Assembly: GCA_964649715.1 (NCBI GenBank)
Contig: CAZYTH010000006.1
Coordinates: forward strand, 6,341-70,340
DNA: 64,000 bases
Direction of reading: 5' to 3'
Source of the DNA: an uncultured Candidatus Saccharibacteria bacterium
GTDB lineage: Bacteria > Patescibacteriota > Minisyncoccia > Phycocordibacterales > UBA12445
Position numbers and translations under genes: made by a program. Of the stretch, positions 1 through 9,378 are shown piece by piece; position 1 is the first letter of the stretch; the number at the start of each line of letters is the position of its first letter. Below the pieces are notes generated by a model. The model ran no database searches, had not been told where the DNA came from, and saw only the letters and a program-made list of their open reading frames with translations.

Positions 1-384
1 TACCCAATAACTTCCGTTGAACCAAATTCAATTATATTTTTTAGCGATATTAATAGTGATAAGATTACGGAAAGGTTGCGATATTTTGTTGAAGGTGGTC
101 ACTTGAAAAGAGGGGTCGTTTTTTCGGAAGGAACCCCTCCATCATATGATATTTTTAAGGAAAGTGTTTCCATTATCGTTCGTGACATAGTTTCTGAGAA
201 TGTATTCTTTTATTTTGATACAAACTATGAGGGGACTGGAGAACAACTTACTCATCCTATAAATATTCCAATAATAAAATTAATCAAAATAAAGTTAATA
301 ATAGATCTTGATAAAGGGGAAAGAGAGGTTCCTTTTGAAATATCAAGTCAGGTTTCTATAAGAAATCTTAAAGACAACCTCTGA

Positions 385-1854
385 TTGCTTTTGAAAATGT
401 GTAAAAATAAAAATAATACAATAAATAATAAAAATAGGGGGGCTATTTTAATACAACTACTTGTGTTCAGCACCTTGTCTGCTGTTTTGATAACCGCCTT
501 GGCGAATTGGAGTGCTGTTAATTTGCGTGCGGGAAGGAAGGAATACGCTAGAGAGGTTGCCTTTCAGGTTGCGGAGGCGGGAATAGATTATTACAGATGG
601 CATTTAGCTCAAGCACCACTTGATTTTACGGATGGAACAGGGGAGTCCGGCCCCTATATTCATGACTACAAGGATAAGAACGGAAACATTATTGGAAGTT
701 TTTCTTTGGAGATATTTCCCCCTGAAATTGGAACAACAAAAGTTACCGTAACTTCGACTGGAAAGGTTTTGTCAGACCCAAACATTTTCAGAAAAATAGA
801 GGTACAGTTTGCAAAGCCGTCTCTCTCAAAATTTGCAGTTATTACCGAAAACACAATTAGGTTCGAAGAGGGGACAGAGGTTTTTGGACCAATACATTCA
901 AACGGTGGAATAAGATTTGACGGTTTCGCACACAACATAATCTCAAGTTCTCTAACTGACTATAACGATCCTGATCATTTTGGTAACAAAGAATTTGCCG
1001 TTCACACCCACGTTTCTCCTGTGGATCCTAATCCTCCGTCAAACGTACCGGTAAGAAATGATGTTTTTGGAGCAGGGAGACAATTTCCCGTTCCTGCTAT
1101 TGATTTTGGAAAATTTACAAATGATCTTTCAGAAATTAAAACGAAGGCACAAGAAGATGGTCTATATTTTTCTAGCTCTGGCAAAAGTGGTTATCATGTA
1201 ATTTTGAAAATAGACGATACTCTTGAAGTCTATAAGGTAACAGCTTTGATTTCTGTTCCTCAAAATTGTACACAACCATTGGGTCAATTTGGATGGGGAA
1301 CATGGAGTATTAAAAACGAGGAGTTTATTGGAAGTTACGATTTTCCACCAAACGGATTGTTGTTTTTGGAAGATCATGTTTGGGTTGAAGGTCAGATAGA
1401 TACTGCAAGATTAACCATAGCAGTTGGAAAATTTCCTGAAAATCAAGGGCAAGAAAGAAACATAACTGTTAATAATAATCTTCTTTACACAAATTACGAT
1501 GGAAGGGATGGTATCGGACTTATTGCTCAGGGAAATATAAACGCAGGAATGGTGAGTGCAGATGTGTTAAGAATAGACGCTGCTCTTATCGCTAAAAACG
1601 ATAGAGTCGGGAGATATTATTATTCTCCGCCTTCTGACAAAAAAGATAGATGTTCGCCTTATCACATACGAGATACTATAACTTTATATGGTTCATTGGC
1701 GACAAATAAAAATTACGGTTTTTCTTATGAAGATGGAACTGGTTATCAAAATATAAATATTATTTATGATGCTAATTTATTATGGTCTGCTCCACCAGAT
1801 TTTCCGCTAACCACAGATCAGTATCAGATAACTTCTTGGAAAGAAATAAAATAA
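385..1854 (+). CDS. Membrane-anchored hypothetical protein with an N-terminal hydrophobic helix; possibly a pilus-associated or PilX-like component
   Basis: 489-aa ORF. N-terminal 'RGAILIQLLVFSTLSAVLITALA' hydrophobic segment after a basic stretch, with no canonical G-F-T-L-I-E prepilin motif. No recognisable catalytic motifs. Confidence 0.3.
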   Translation: MLLKMCKNKNNTINNKNRGAILIQLLVFSTLSAVLITALANWSAVNLRAGRKEYAREVAFQVAEAGIDYYRWHLAQAPLDFTDGTGESGPYIHDYKDKNGNIIGSFSLEIFPPEIGTTKVTVTSTGKVLSDPNIFRKIEVQFAKPSLSKFAVITENTIRFEEGTEVFGPIHSNGGIRFDGFAHNIISSSLTDYNDPDHFGNKEFAVHTHVSPVDPNPPSNVPVRNDVFGAGRQFPVPAIDFGKFTNDLSEIKTKAQEDGLYFSSSGKSGYHVILKIDDTLEVYKVTALISVPQNCTQPLGQFGWGTWSIKNEEFIGSYDFPPNGLLFLEDHVWVEGQIDTARLTIAVGKFPENQGQERNITVNNNLLYTNYDGRDGIGLIAQGNINAGMVSADVLRIDAALIAKNDRVGRYYYSPPSDKKDRCSPYHIRDTITLYGSLATNKNYGFSYEDGTGYQNINIIYDANLLWSAPPDFPLTTDQYQITSWKEIK

Positions 1855-1945
1855 TATTTAGGTTTCACAGCGATTTTTCTGAATAGTTTTGGTGGATATT
1901 TTTTTTAGTTTAATATTTTAATTGCATTCGGTATATAATATCTTT

Positions 1946-2689
1946 ATGAAAAAAGGTAAGCTCGTTATCGTTAATTGGGGAATGTGGCCGGAAACTTTTC
2001 GCGAAGCATTTATGTTATCTAAAATTTTTTCTAAAAATGTTCTTGAATTTAAAAATATTTTTTTTGTTTTATGCCCACCCTCACCTTTCATTCATCATGT
2101 GCGTTTGAATGTTTCTCAAAATAAAAATATATCAATAGGGGCGCAGGATATTTTTTATGAAAACAAAGGAAGATACACAGGGCAAGTCTCATCCAAAATG
2201 CTTAGGTCTCTTGGCGCTAAATATGTGGTAATCGGTCATCCCGAGAAAAGAAAAACAGGAGAAACAGATGAGATTATAAATAAAAAAATAAAATTAGCGG
2301 TTAGGATGGGTCTCAAGGTTATATTATTCGTGGGAGAAAGAGAGCGAGATGTTTCAGGAAACTATTTCAAGCAGATTGGTTTTCAAATAAGAGAGGGTTT
2401 GAGAAACATTCAAAAAAAATATGTCAAAGAACTAATAATTGTTTATCGGCCACTTGTAATCGTAAAGGAAAATATTTTTTGTGAAACGGAAGAGATACCT
2501 CTTTTTATTAAAAAGGTGCTTGTTGAAATGTTTGGCAGAGATGCTGGTTTGTCCATAACAATCATATATGGAGGTTTTATTGATAAAAAAAATATAAGAA
2601 TTATTTTGGATAATGTTAATTTAGGAGGATTGTTTCTTGAAAGGGAAGATGCGGAAATTTTAAATTTTCTTAAAAACAAAAAAGAATGA
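1946..2689 (+). CDS. tpiA: Triosephosphate isomerase-like protein (TIM fold), apparently lacking catalytic Lys and Glu
   Basis: Alignable by eye to TpiA: 'IGAQDIF...YTGQVSSKML..GAKYVVIGHPEKR' against 'LGAQNV..FTGETSAAML..GAQYIIIGHSERR', and 'IIYGGFIDKKN' against 'IQYGGSVNASN'. 'NWGMW' replaces NWKMN (Lys13 to Gly) and 'VYRPLVIV' replaces AYEPVWAIGTG (Glu165 to Arg). Probable start ATG at 1946, after a TATAAT at 1933. Confidence 0.55.
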   Translation: MKKGKLVIVNWGMWPETFREAFMLSKIFSKNVLEFKNIFFVLCPPSPFIHHVRLNVSQNKNISIGAQDIFYENKGRYTGQVSSKMLRSLGAKYVVIGHPEKRKTGETDEIINKKIKLAVRMGLKVILFVGERERDVSGNYFKQIGFQIREGLRNIQKKYVKELIIVYRPLVIVKENIFCETEEIPLFIKKVLVEMFGRDAGLSITIIYGGFIDKKNIRIILDNVNLGGLFLEREDAEILNFLKNKKE

Positions 2690-2735
2690 TAACGTTTCAT
2701 TGTTTCGTGTTTAATATTTTTAATTTAGTAATTAA

Positions 2736-3848
2736 ATGAATATACCAACGGTAGCTGAGTTTGGCGATTTGAGAAAAAAGACGATTCTTTTGCGTCTTGA
2801 TTTGAATGTTCCTATAAGGGAGGGAGTCATTGAGAACAATTATAGGATAGACCGTTCTTTAAAAACAATCGATTTTTTGAAAAAATCAGGAGCCAGAACT
2901 GTGATCATTAGCCATATCGGTTCTGACAATTCTGAAAGTCTTTCTGTTGTGGCCAAGTATTTAAAAGTTCCTCTTTATCCTTTGGTAATTGATGATTATC
3001 TGAAGGGGGTGGTTAGGGGGATGGGTGATGGTGAGGTTATTATGTTAGAAAATTTAAGAAAAAATGACGGGGAAAAAAATAACGATGATGATTTTGCAAA
3101 AAAACTTTCTGGATTAGCTGACATTTATGTGAACGAGGCTTTTTCTGTTTCTCATAGAGAGCATGCATCAATTGTTGGCTTACCGAAATACCTTCCTTCT
3201 TTTTTTGGTTTTTTGTTTAAAGAAGAGATAGAAAATTTATCTCTGGCTCTTGAGCCAGAGCATCCTTTTGTTTTGGTTTTGGGTGGTGCGAAATTTAGTA
3301 CGAAATTACCACTTATTAAAAAATTTTTGAAAATTGCTGACAAGATATTTATAGGAGGTGCTCTTGCAAATAGTTTTTTAAAAGAGATGGGATATGAAAC
3401 AGGAAAATCTTCTGTTGACGAAAAGGAATTTGGGTTAAAGAATCTTATGGAACAAAAAAATATTTTTATACCGCAAGACGTTGTTGTAGACACTCTTGGT
3501 AGTGTTCGTGTAAAAGATATCGATTTGATAGATAAGGAAGATATCATAATGGATATCGGACCTGGATTCTCTAAAAAAATAGAGGATGCCGTCATTGGTT
3601 CTAGATTTATTTTATGGAATGGACCTCTCGGTTTTTTTGAAAAAGGTTTTTGCGAATCGACCAAGGGTCTTGCTATTGCAATTTCCAAAAATGAAATAAA
3701 GAGCATTATTGGAGGAGGAGACACAATATCGGCCGTGCAACAACTTAAGATATCTGATAGATTTACTTTTATATCTTCGGGTGGTGGGGCGATGATACAA
3801 TTTCTTGCAAACGGAAGTCTTCCTGGGATAGATGCTATCGTGGGATGA
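2736..3848 (+). CDS. pgk: Phosphoglycerate kinase
   Basis: 370 aa. N-terminal 'KKTILLRLDLNVP...NNYRIDRSLKTIDFL..GARTVIISHIG' matches the PGK substrate-binding signature. Overall two-domain length is typical. Confidence 0.85.
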   Translation: MNIPTVAEFGDLRKKTILLRLDLNVPIREGVIENNYRIDRSLKTIDFLKKSGARTVIISHIGSDNSESLSVVAKYLKVPLYPLVIDDYLKGVVRGMGDGEVIMLENLRKNDGEKNNDDDFAKKLSGLADIYVNEAFSVSHREHASIVGLPKYLPSFFGFLFKEEIENLSLALEPEHPFVLVLGGAKFSTKLPLIKKFLKIADKIFIGGALANSFLKEMGYETGKSSVDEKEFGLKNLMEQKNIFIPQDVVVDTLGSVRVKDIDLIDKEDIIMDIGPGFSKKIEDAVIGSRFILWNGPLGFFEKGFCESTKGLAIAISKNEIKSIIGGGDTISAVQQLKISDRFTFISSGGGAMIQFLANGSLPGIDAIVG

Positions 3849-4040
3849 TTATTGAGACATCGTGTCTGTTGTATAATTTTAAATTTACAATTTTGCAATT
3901 TTCAATCAATAGTTAATTTACAAGTAGCCAATTTTCAAACAATTTTTACGTAAGAAAATTAATTTTTTTGTAGATTATAAATTGAAACATTGAAAATTTA
4001 ATTAAAATTAGAAATTGATAATTTAAAATTTTTTATTGTA

Positions 4041-4817
4041 ATGTCCAAAATACAAAATACCCGCCCGCACCGAACAGAATATTCGGGCGAGGCAAAATAC
4101 AAAATAAGAGTTATATATGAAGACAAAGATATTTTGGTTATAGATAAGCCAAGCGGTTTGTCTGTTCACGGCGATGGCAAGAGCGATGTTTACACTCTCT
4201 CCGATTGGATATTGGAGAATTATCCAGGTATTAAAGATGTTGGAGAGCCGATGATATCATCAGAAGGAAAAAAGATTGTTCGACCAGGGATAGTTCATCG
4301 TTTAGATAAGGATACTAGTGGGGTTTTGATCGTGGCAAAAAAAGATGAATCTTTTAAGTTCCTGAAAAGGCAATTCAAAGAAAGAGAGATGGGAAAAATA
4401 TATTTAGCAATTGTTGAGGGTAGGTTCAAGGATGAGAGTGGCATTATTGATAAACCAATTGGTAGAAGTGAAAACGATTTTAGAGCAAAGACAACCGGGG
4501 CTTCGGCCAGAGGAGAAGTTAGAAGCGCTATTACTTATTATAAGGTTATTGAACAATGTAACGGTTATTCGTTTCTCGAAATAAGACCCAAGACAGGAAG
4601 GACACACCAGATAAGGGTTCACTTAAAATCTATAAGTAAGCCTATTGTTTGCGACCAAATATACGGTAAAAATAAAATTTGTCCTAAATGGTTGGGGCGC
4701 CTAGCTCTGCATGCGTTTTCTCTTGAAATAAGGGTGCCAGGAGGCGAGAGAAAGTTGTTTGTTTCGCCCCTGCCTGTGGATTTGAAAAGGGCTCTTGATA
4801 AAATAAGAAGTTTATGA
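4041..4817 (+). CDS. RluA-family 23S rRNA pseudouridine synthase (RluD-like)
   Basis: 'HRLDKDTSGVLIVAKK' catalytic-Asp motif, which is characteristic of the RluA family. 258 aa. Confidence 0.8.
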   Translation: MSKIQNTRPHRTEYSGEAKYKIRVIYEDKDILVIDKPSGLSVHGDGKSDVYTLSDWILENYPGIKDVGEPMISSEGKKIVRPGIVHRLDKDTSGVLIVAKKDESFKFLKRQFKEREMGKIYLAIVEGRFKDESGIIDKPIGRSENDFRAKTTGASARGEVRSAITYYKVIEQCNGYSFLEIRPKTGRTHQIRVHLKSISKPIVCDQIYGKNKICPKWLGRLALHAFSLEIRVPGGERKLFVSPLPVDLKRALDKIRSL

Positions 4818-4844
4818 TAGATTTCAACTACTTAAAATAGTCAA

Positions 4845-5258
4845 ATGAAAACATCAAATATAAAATTTTCGCCAATAGATGTTGAGGAGAGAAAACAATT
4901 CTCCGCTCGTTCGGGTGATACTGTTAGGGTTTCGGTAAAAATAAAAGAGGGAAACAAGACTCGTCTTCAGGATTTTGAAGGAATTATAATTGCCAGAAAA
5001 CATGGTACAGAGCCAGGTGCTACTTTTACAGTTAGAAAGATGGCTAGTGGTGTTGGTGTGGAAAGGATTTTTCCTTTATTCTCTCCAAGTATTGAAAAAA
5101 TAGTAATAAAGAAAAAGGGTACCAAGGCGAGGAAGTCTAAACTTTATTATATAAGAGAAAAGGCTCAGAGAGATGTAAGGAGGAAACTCAAGAGCGAAGT
5201 TGTGAACGAGCCAAGAGATAATAAAGAGGAACTAAAAGAAGAGTCAAAAACAGAATAA
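4845..5258 (+). CDS. rplS: 50S ribosomal protein L19
   Basis: '[30 protein letters not shown]...[21 protein letters not shown]' matches the L19 signature. Has a Lys-rich C-terminal tail. Confidence 0.85.
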   Translation: MKTSNIKFSPIDVEERKQFSARSGDTVRVSVKIKEGNKTRLQDFEGIIIARKHGTEPGATFTVRKMASGVGVERIFPLFSPSIEKIVIKKKGTKARKSKLYYIREKAQRDVRRKLKSEVVNEPRDNKEELKEESKTE

Positions 5259-5336
5259 AATTAAAAAGAGCGGTTAGACCGCTCTTTTAGTTGAAATTTT
5301 ATTTTTATTTTTGCATAATTATGAAAATTGGAATAT

Positions 5337-5420
5337 GCGCAGATGGCGAAATTGGTAGACGCACTACCTTGAGGTGGTAGCGCCCGCAAGGGCATGGAGG
5401 TTCAAATCCTCTTCTGCGCA
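5337..5420 (+). tRNA. tRNA-Leu (anticodon GAG), with a long variable arm
   Basis: Cloverleaf can be read: acceptor GCGCAGA/TCTGCGC, anticodon stem CTACC/GGTAG with loop TTGAGGT, long variable arm, T-arm GGAGGTTCAAATCCTC. No encoded CCA. Confidence 0.8.
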
Positions 5421-5421
5421 C

Positions 5422-5466
5422 AAAACAACCACCCAAAAGCGAAAGCTTTTGGGTGGTTTTGTTTTA
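5422..5466 (+). terminator. Rho-independent terminator hairpin after tRNA-Leu
   Basis: Perfect inverted repeat AAAACAACCACCCAAAAGC gaa GCTTTTGGGTGGTTTTGTTTT. Confidence 0.6.
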
Positions 5467-5468
5467 CA

Positions 5469-5486
5469 CGCAGAAGAGGATTTGAA
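5469..5486 (-). repeat. Inverted partial copy of the tRNA-Leu 3' end (T-arm/acceptor)
   Basis: CGCAGAAGAGGATTTGAA is the exact reverse complement of tRNA-Leu positions 5401-5418. A further 'CCAAATCCTCTTGAG'-like fragment at about 5562 and a repeated 'AAAGCGAAAGCTTTT' lie nearby. Confidence 0.6.
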
Positions 5487-5785
5487 GCCCGATTGAGTAT
5501 TTTTTGTAGCCTGGAAAAGGCGTACAAAAAATCCAATCGGGGTACTGGTCCCGTAAGGACCAAATCCTCTTGAGTCTATAAAAGCGAAAGCTTTTTGTTT
5601 TTTTGCTTGTAGAATAGAGACCCAAAAGACGTATCTTGTATAAAGAAAGATAGGCTGGTTGGAGTACTTAAAATTTTCAATGAAGATTAGTGCGTGATCA
5701 AAACCCCTATATTGATAGACAAAAAAGTATATTTGTTCTAGCATTTATTCAAAAGGTACATTGAACACATAAGGAGGCTTTTATT

Positions 5786-6085
5786 TTGGTTAAATTTAAA
5801 TCAGGACATTTTTCGGTTCAAGATTTTCCTAAAGATAAAATTGGTGACTATCCGATAGAGATACTATATAAGATATATCGGTACGCTTATAAATGGGCAA
5901 CGCTTATTGAGGAAAGGATGAGAATTGGTTTAAAATTAAGTTCAGTTGCGGAAGAAACTCATTATGAGTCAAACACAGAAGGTCTAACTTATATAATGAG
6001 AGAAAAGGCAATTCTTATTCTTGAAGAAGTTTGGTTTTACGGTCCTGAACTTCGTAGATGGTATGAGTTGCAAAAAGATAGGTGA
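5786..6085 (+). CDS. Hypothetical protein
   Basis: 99-aa ORF preceded by AAGGAGG (5770-5776). No recognisable motifs. Confidence 0.4.
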   Translation: MVKFKSGHFSVQDFPKDKIGDYPIEILYKIYRYAYKWATLIEERMRIGLKLSSVAEETHYESNTEGLTYIMREKAILILEEVWFYGPELRRWYELQKDR

Positions 6086-6167
6086 TTTTTATTCCAACCC
6101 TTAGTGGGTTGGTTTTTGTTGTAAAAAAATAAAATATTTGGTACTGTTTTTGATAGCTAGCAAATAT

Positions 6168-6241
6168 GGTGACTATGGTGTAGTGGTAACACAACGGTCT
6201 GTGGATCCGTTATCGCCGGTTCGAATCCGGCTAGTCACCCA
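6168..6241 (+). tRNA. tRNA-His (anticodon GTG) with an extra 5' G(-1)
   Basis: GGTGACTATGGTGTAGTGGTAACAC...CTGTGGA anticodon loop...GGTTCGAATCCGGCTAGTCACC. Closely resembles bacterial tRNA-His architecture, including G-1. Confidence 0.8.
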
Positions 6242-6244
6242 CGA

Positions 6245-6272
6245 AAAAACCGCTTAAAGCGGTTTTTTATTT
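6245..6272. terminator. Hairpin terminator after tRNA-His, converging with the end of the minus-strand gene
   Basis: AAAAAACCGCTTAAAGCGGTTTTTTATTTT. Confidence 0.6.
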
Positions 6273-6856
6273 TCCTCAGCTTTTTTTATAAGTTCTTCGT
6301 ATATACTACTGCCTTTTAACGCAATGTTAGAAGCCCGCTTTAAATCATGGCTAGAAACATCTTTTAGATTAATTATTCTTTTTAGCGCTAAGTCTCTAAT
6401 TTTTGCATTATCAAGTTGATCGTATTTATTTGCCAAAGAAAGAAGGGTTTCACAATCCCCAGTTAAATTTATCAGTTTTTTCAATGCTATCTCCCTTGCG
6501 TCACTTATTAATTTTAATCCTAAGAATTCATTTAATTCTTTTTCTGTATTTGTTATGTCTCTTGCGATCTTTAATTCGATCCTTGCTTGTATTCTGCCAT
6601 TTTCCCTACCGAAAGATAAATCATTTTTTTGTCCGTCTTCCGAGAGAGATATCAAGTATTTTCCTGTTTCAAAATCATTAATTGAATTAATTTGTTCGCT
6701 TAACCATGAACGTATTGCTGCTCTTATTTCGTCTTCATTTTCATCGTTTATTTTTCTTTTGAAACCGTTAAAAGTTTCTTTTAATTCATTAATACTTTGG
6801 GTAACGTTTTCTTGAACCATATTTGCTTCTTGTTTTTGAAGATTTTTCATTTCCAT
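6254..6856 (-). CDS. Hypothetical coiled-coil protein
   Basis: 200-aa charged, helical-looking ORF. No motifs. Confidence 0.45.
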   Translation of the reverse strand: MEMKNLQKQEANMVQENVTQSINELKETFNGFKRKINDENEDEIRAAIRSWLSEQINSINDFETGKYLISLSEDGQKNDLSFGRENGRIQARIELKIARDITNTEKELNEFLGLKLISDAREIALKKLINLTGDCETLLSLANKYDQLDNAKIRDLALKRIINLKDVSSHDLKRASNIALKGSSIYEELIKKAEENKKPL

Positions 6857-6929
6857 AAAAATAATTCTATATTTGTATTACAAAAAAAGCAATATTTTTT
6901 ATTTTTCTTACTATGTTATAATTTTTGGA

Positions 6930-7621
6930 TGGAAAATTTACCAAATAATAAAAATCCAAACACAACAGAATATCATACTTCTGTTATTAAAAAGATAGAA
7001 AAAGCTATGACTGATATGGTTCTTTCTCTAAGGGAGAGAATAGACAGCGGGGAATATTCGTTGATAATAAGCGATGAGACAAGCGCGAGAATACCGACCT
7101 TAATACTAAGAAAAATAATCAACGAAAGGAATAAAGAAAATAATAAAGACAAAACAGACAAAGAGAATGAAACAAAAACCTCTTTTTTGACTTTTCGTTC
7201 CAATCACTCTGAGGATTTGTTGACTGAAGAGCTTTTTAGGGATAATAAAAATGAAAAACCGAAACGCGTTTTGGTTGTTACTGAATTTGTTCAGTCTGGA
7301 AAGGGTCTTTCTACAATAGCCAAAAAGTTAAAAGAATATAATATAGATTTTGATTTTGCGATAATGAGAATTGCTCTTGGAGAGGATTACGTTAAGAAAA
7401 ATAACGAAGAAATTAAAGACGTTGATTTCTTCGTTGGTGAAGATTATCCGCTACCTCCAGCTGTTTGGCAGACAGAATACTTAACAGGAGTAACAAAAAA
7501 AAATAACGAAGTTCATTCGAAATTGCTTGAAAAAACACCTTATTCTCAAGAATATATTAATTTAGCAAGAAAAGATATTAATATTATGGCCGAAAAAATA
7601 TTAGAAAAAGTTTGGGGTTAA
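6930..7621 (+). CDS. Hypothetical protein with a phosphoribosyltransferase-like (type I PRTase) segment
   Basis: 'KPKRVLVVTEFVQSGKGLSTIAKKL' resembles the PRPP-binding motif (VLVVDDvxxTGgT). Start set at the ATG at 6930, after TATAAT at 6917. Confidence 0.4.
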
Positions 7622-7727
7622 TTCTCGTTGCTGGCTTATGTAACCTATTGAGTTTTTGGCTTGTTCCAGTAGTATGACAGAAGATATAGTTTCTTTGAAA
7701 ACAAAAAATAAGAAAAGGGAGGAAAAA

Positions 7728-8696
7728 ATGTCAAAAATAAGGGAATCGATTGTTCTTGTTGGTGGTGGAGGTGGTGTTTACCGTGTTGCTAAATTTTTAA
7801 AGTACATACGCCCCAACATCACTACAATTCAAACTACTTTTGATCATGGTGGTCATTCAGGATCTTTGAGGGACGAAAGAGGTATTTTGCCACCCGGAGA
7901 CATAAGACAAGCGATTCTTGCTCTTTCTGACGATCGTATTGCTCCAAGTTTACGTGCGCTTCTTTCTTATCGTTTCGTTCCCAAGAATGGCTCTAGTCTA
8001 GATTCTGCGACAGTCGGTAATATCTTGCTTACTGCTTTAGCTGAAATAAACGGCGGAAATATGGTTATTGCTATAAATACTCTTTGCGAGTGGTTTCGTG
8101 TGAAAGGCAAGGTTCTTCCTGTTAGTCTTAACAATGCAGAGCTTTGCGTTAAACTTTCAAATGGGTTAATCGTTAGAGGAGAGGGTTTGATAGACAAAAG
8201 AGAGGCTTCTGATGATAGTTTCATTGTTTCGGCTTTTTTGGAGCCAGAAGCACATCTTTACTCTGAAGCTTACTCTTCGATTGTCGATGCTGACAAAATA
8301 GTTTTTTGTCCAGGTGATCTTTTTACTTCAATTATCCCGAATACGCTTGTTTGTGGTTTCAAGGAAGCCATAAAAGAGAGCAAGGCAAAGATAATCTTTG
8401 TTACAAATATAATGACCAAAAGATCAGAAACTAATAATTTTACCGCTTCAAGGTTTTGCAAGACACTGCTTCAGCATATAGGACGAGATTTTTTTGATGT
8501 CGTTGTTTGTAATAATGGTAAGATAAGCGATTTTTTGAGAGATTCTTATAAAAAAGAATTTGCTCGAATGGTTAAGGTTGATCACGATTCTCTCCTTAAA
8601 TATACAAAGCAAATCATTGCAACTTCTTTGGTTGATGAAACTGGAGGAATTGTTCGGCACAGCGAGAGGATTGCCTCTGTTGTCGCAAGCCTATAA
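7728..8696 (+). CDS. YvcK/CofD family protein (UPF0052; gluconeogenesis factor or 2-phospho-L-lactate transferase-like)
   Basis: 'IVLVGGGGGVYRVAKFL...TTFDHGGHSGSLRDERGILPPGDIRQAILALSDD' matches the family signature. RBS GGGAGG before the ATG at 7728. Confidence 0.7.
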   Translation: MSKIRESIVLVGGGGGVYRVAKFLKYIRPNITTIQTTFDHGGHSGSLRDERGILPPGDIRQAILALSDDRIAPSLRALLSYRFVPKNGSSLDSATVGNILLTALAEINGGNMVIAINTLCEWFRVKGKVLPVSLNNAELCVKLSNGLIVRGEGLIDKREASDDSFIVSAFLEPEAHLYSEAYSSIVDADKIVFCPGDLFTSIIPNTLVCGFKEAIKESKAKIIFVTNIMTKRSETNNFTASRFCKTLLQHIGRDFFDVVVCNNGKISDFLRDSYKKEFARMVKVDHDSLLKYTKQIIATSLVDETGGIVRHSERIASVVASL

Positions 8697-8870
8697 GACG
8701 CTTATTTTGGGCGTCTTTTTTGTTTTTTGTAATTTATCAATGTTTTAGTTTTATATTTCGGGGTGTTTCCAAGCTATTGAACCATAACGGCTTTTTTGAC
8801 TTTAATTTTACTGTATGTTATAATTAAAAGAGATTCAGTACATTAAATTTTTAAAAATAGGGGGGGAAAC

Positions 8871-9296
8871 ATGTTTCTTTTTGTGTTGATGTTTGTTCTC
8901 AATATTTTATTTTTGGTCCTGTCGGTGGTTATTCACGAGGCATCGCATCTGATTGCGATGTACCTTTTGGGGATAAAACCTCAAAAACCAGACATTAAGT
9001 TATTTTGCATCCCAAAGGACTTTGATAGTCCAATGGGATATATCGACTCAATAAACCATGTTTGGACCGGTCCAGACGTTTCTGAATCAGAAATGAAAAA
9101 AAAGATTTTTATTTTTGGTTTTTCTGGAGGCTTTGGTCTATTTATCGTTTTTTTCCTTTTTTCTTTGTTTTTATTTTATTTTTCATCAATATTTTTTATT
9201 TTTCTTGGATTGCCTCTCTTAACAAACGCTATTGTTCAGCTTTGTTATGGTTTTTATGAGGGGTGGTATCTCCAAGATCAGTTGAATTTTAAATAG
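8871..9296 (+). CDS. Small polytopic membrane protein with an HExxH motif (possible membrane metalloprotease-like)
   Basis: 141 aa, very hydrophobic. 'VIHEASHLIAM' HExxH lies in the first TM segment. GGGGG RBS upstream. Confidence 0.35.
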   Translation: MFLFVLMFVLNILFLVLSVVIHEASHLIAMYLLGIKPQKPDIKLFCIPKDFDSPMGYIDSINHVWTGPDVSESEMKKKIFIFGFSGGFGLFIVFFLFSLFLFYFSSIFFIFLGLPLLTNAIVQLCYGFYEGWYLQDQLNFK

Positions 9297-9378
9297 ACCC
9301 TATTTTGGGGTCTATTTTTTTAATTACAAGGTGGCGATTGTAAAAAATAAATGTATAATTGTTGTAAAGATAATTAAT

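Noticed and set aside
666-1377. Minus-strand ORFs 666-938, 1002-1184 and 1162-1377
   Set aside because: They are embedded antisense within the 489-aa plus-strand gene. They are short, with no start context, and are typical antisense artefacts. The same applies to the many other 60-100-aa antisense ORFs inside recG, ligA, gatA, pilB and similar genes.
5364-5744. 126-aa minus-strand ORF
   Set aside because: It overlaps tRNA-Leu, its terminator and the tRNA-derived repeat fragments. There is no RBS, and the composition is that of antisense tRNA.
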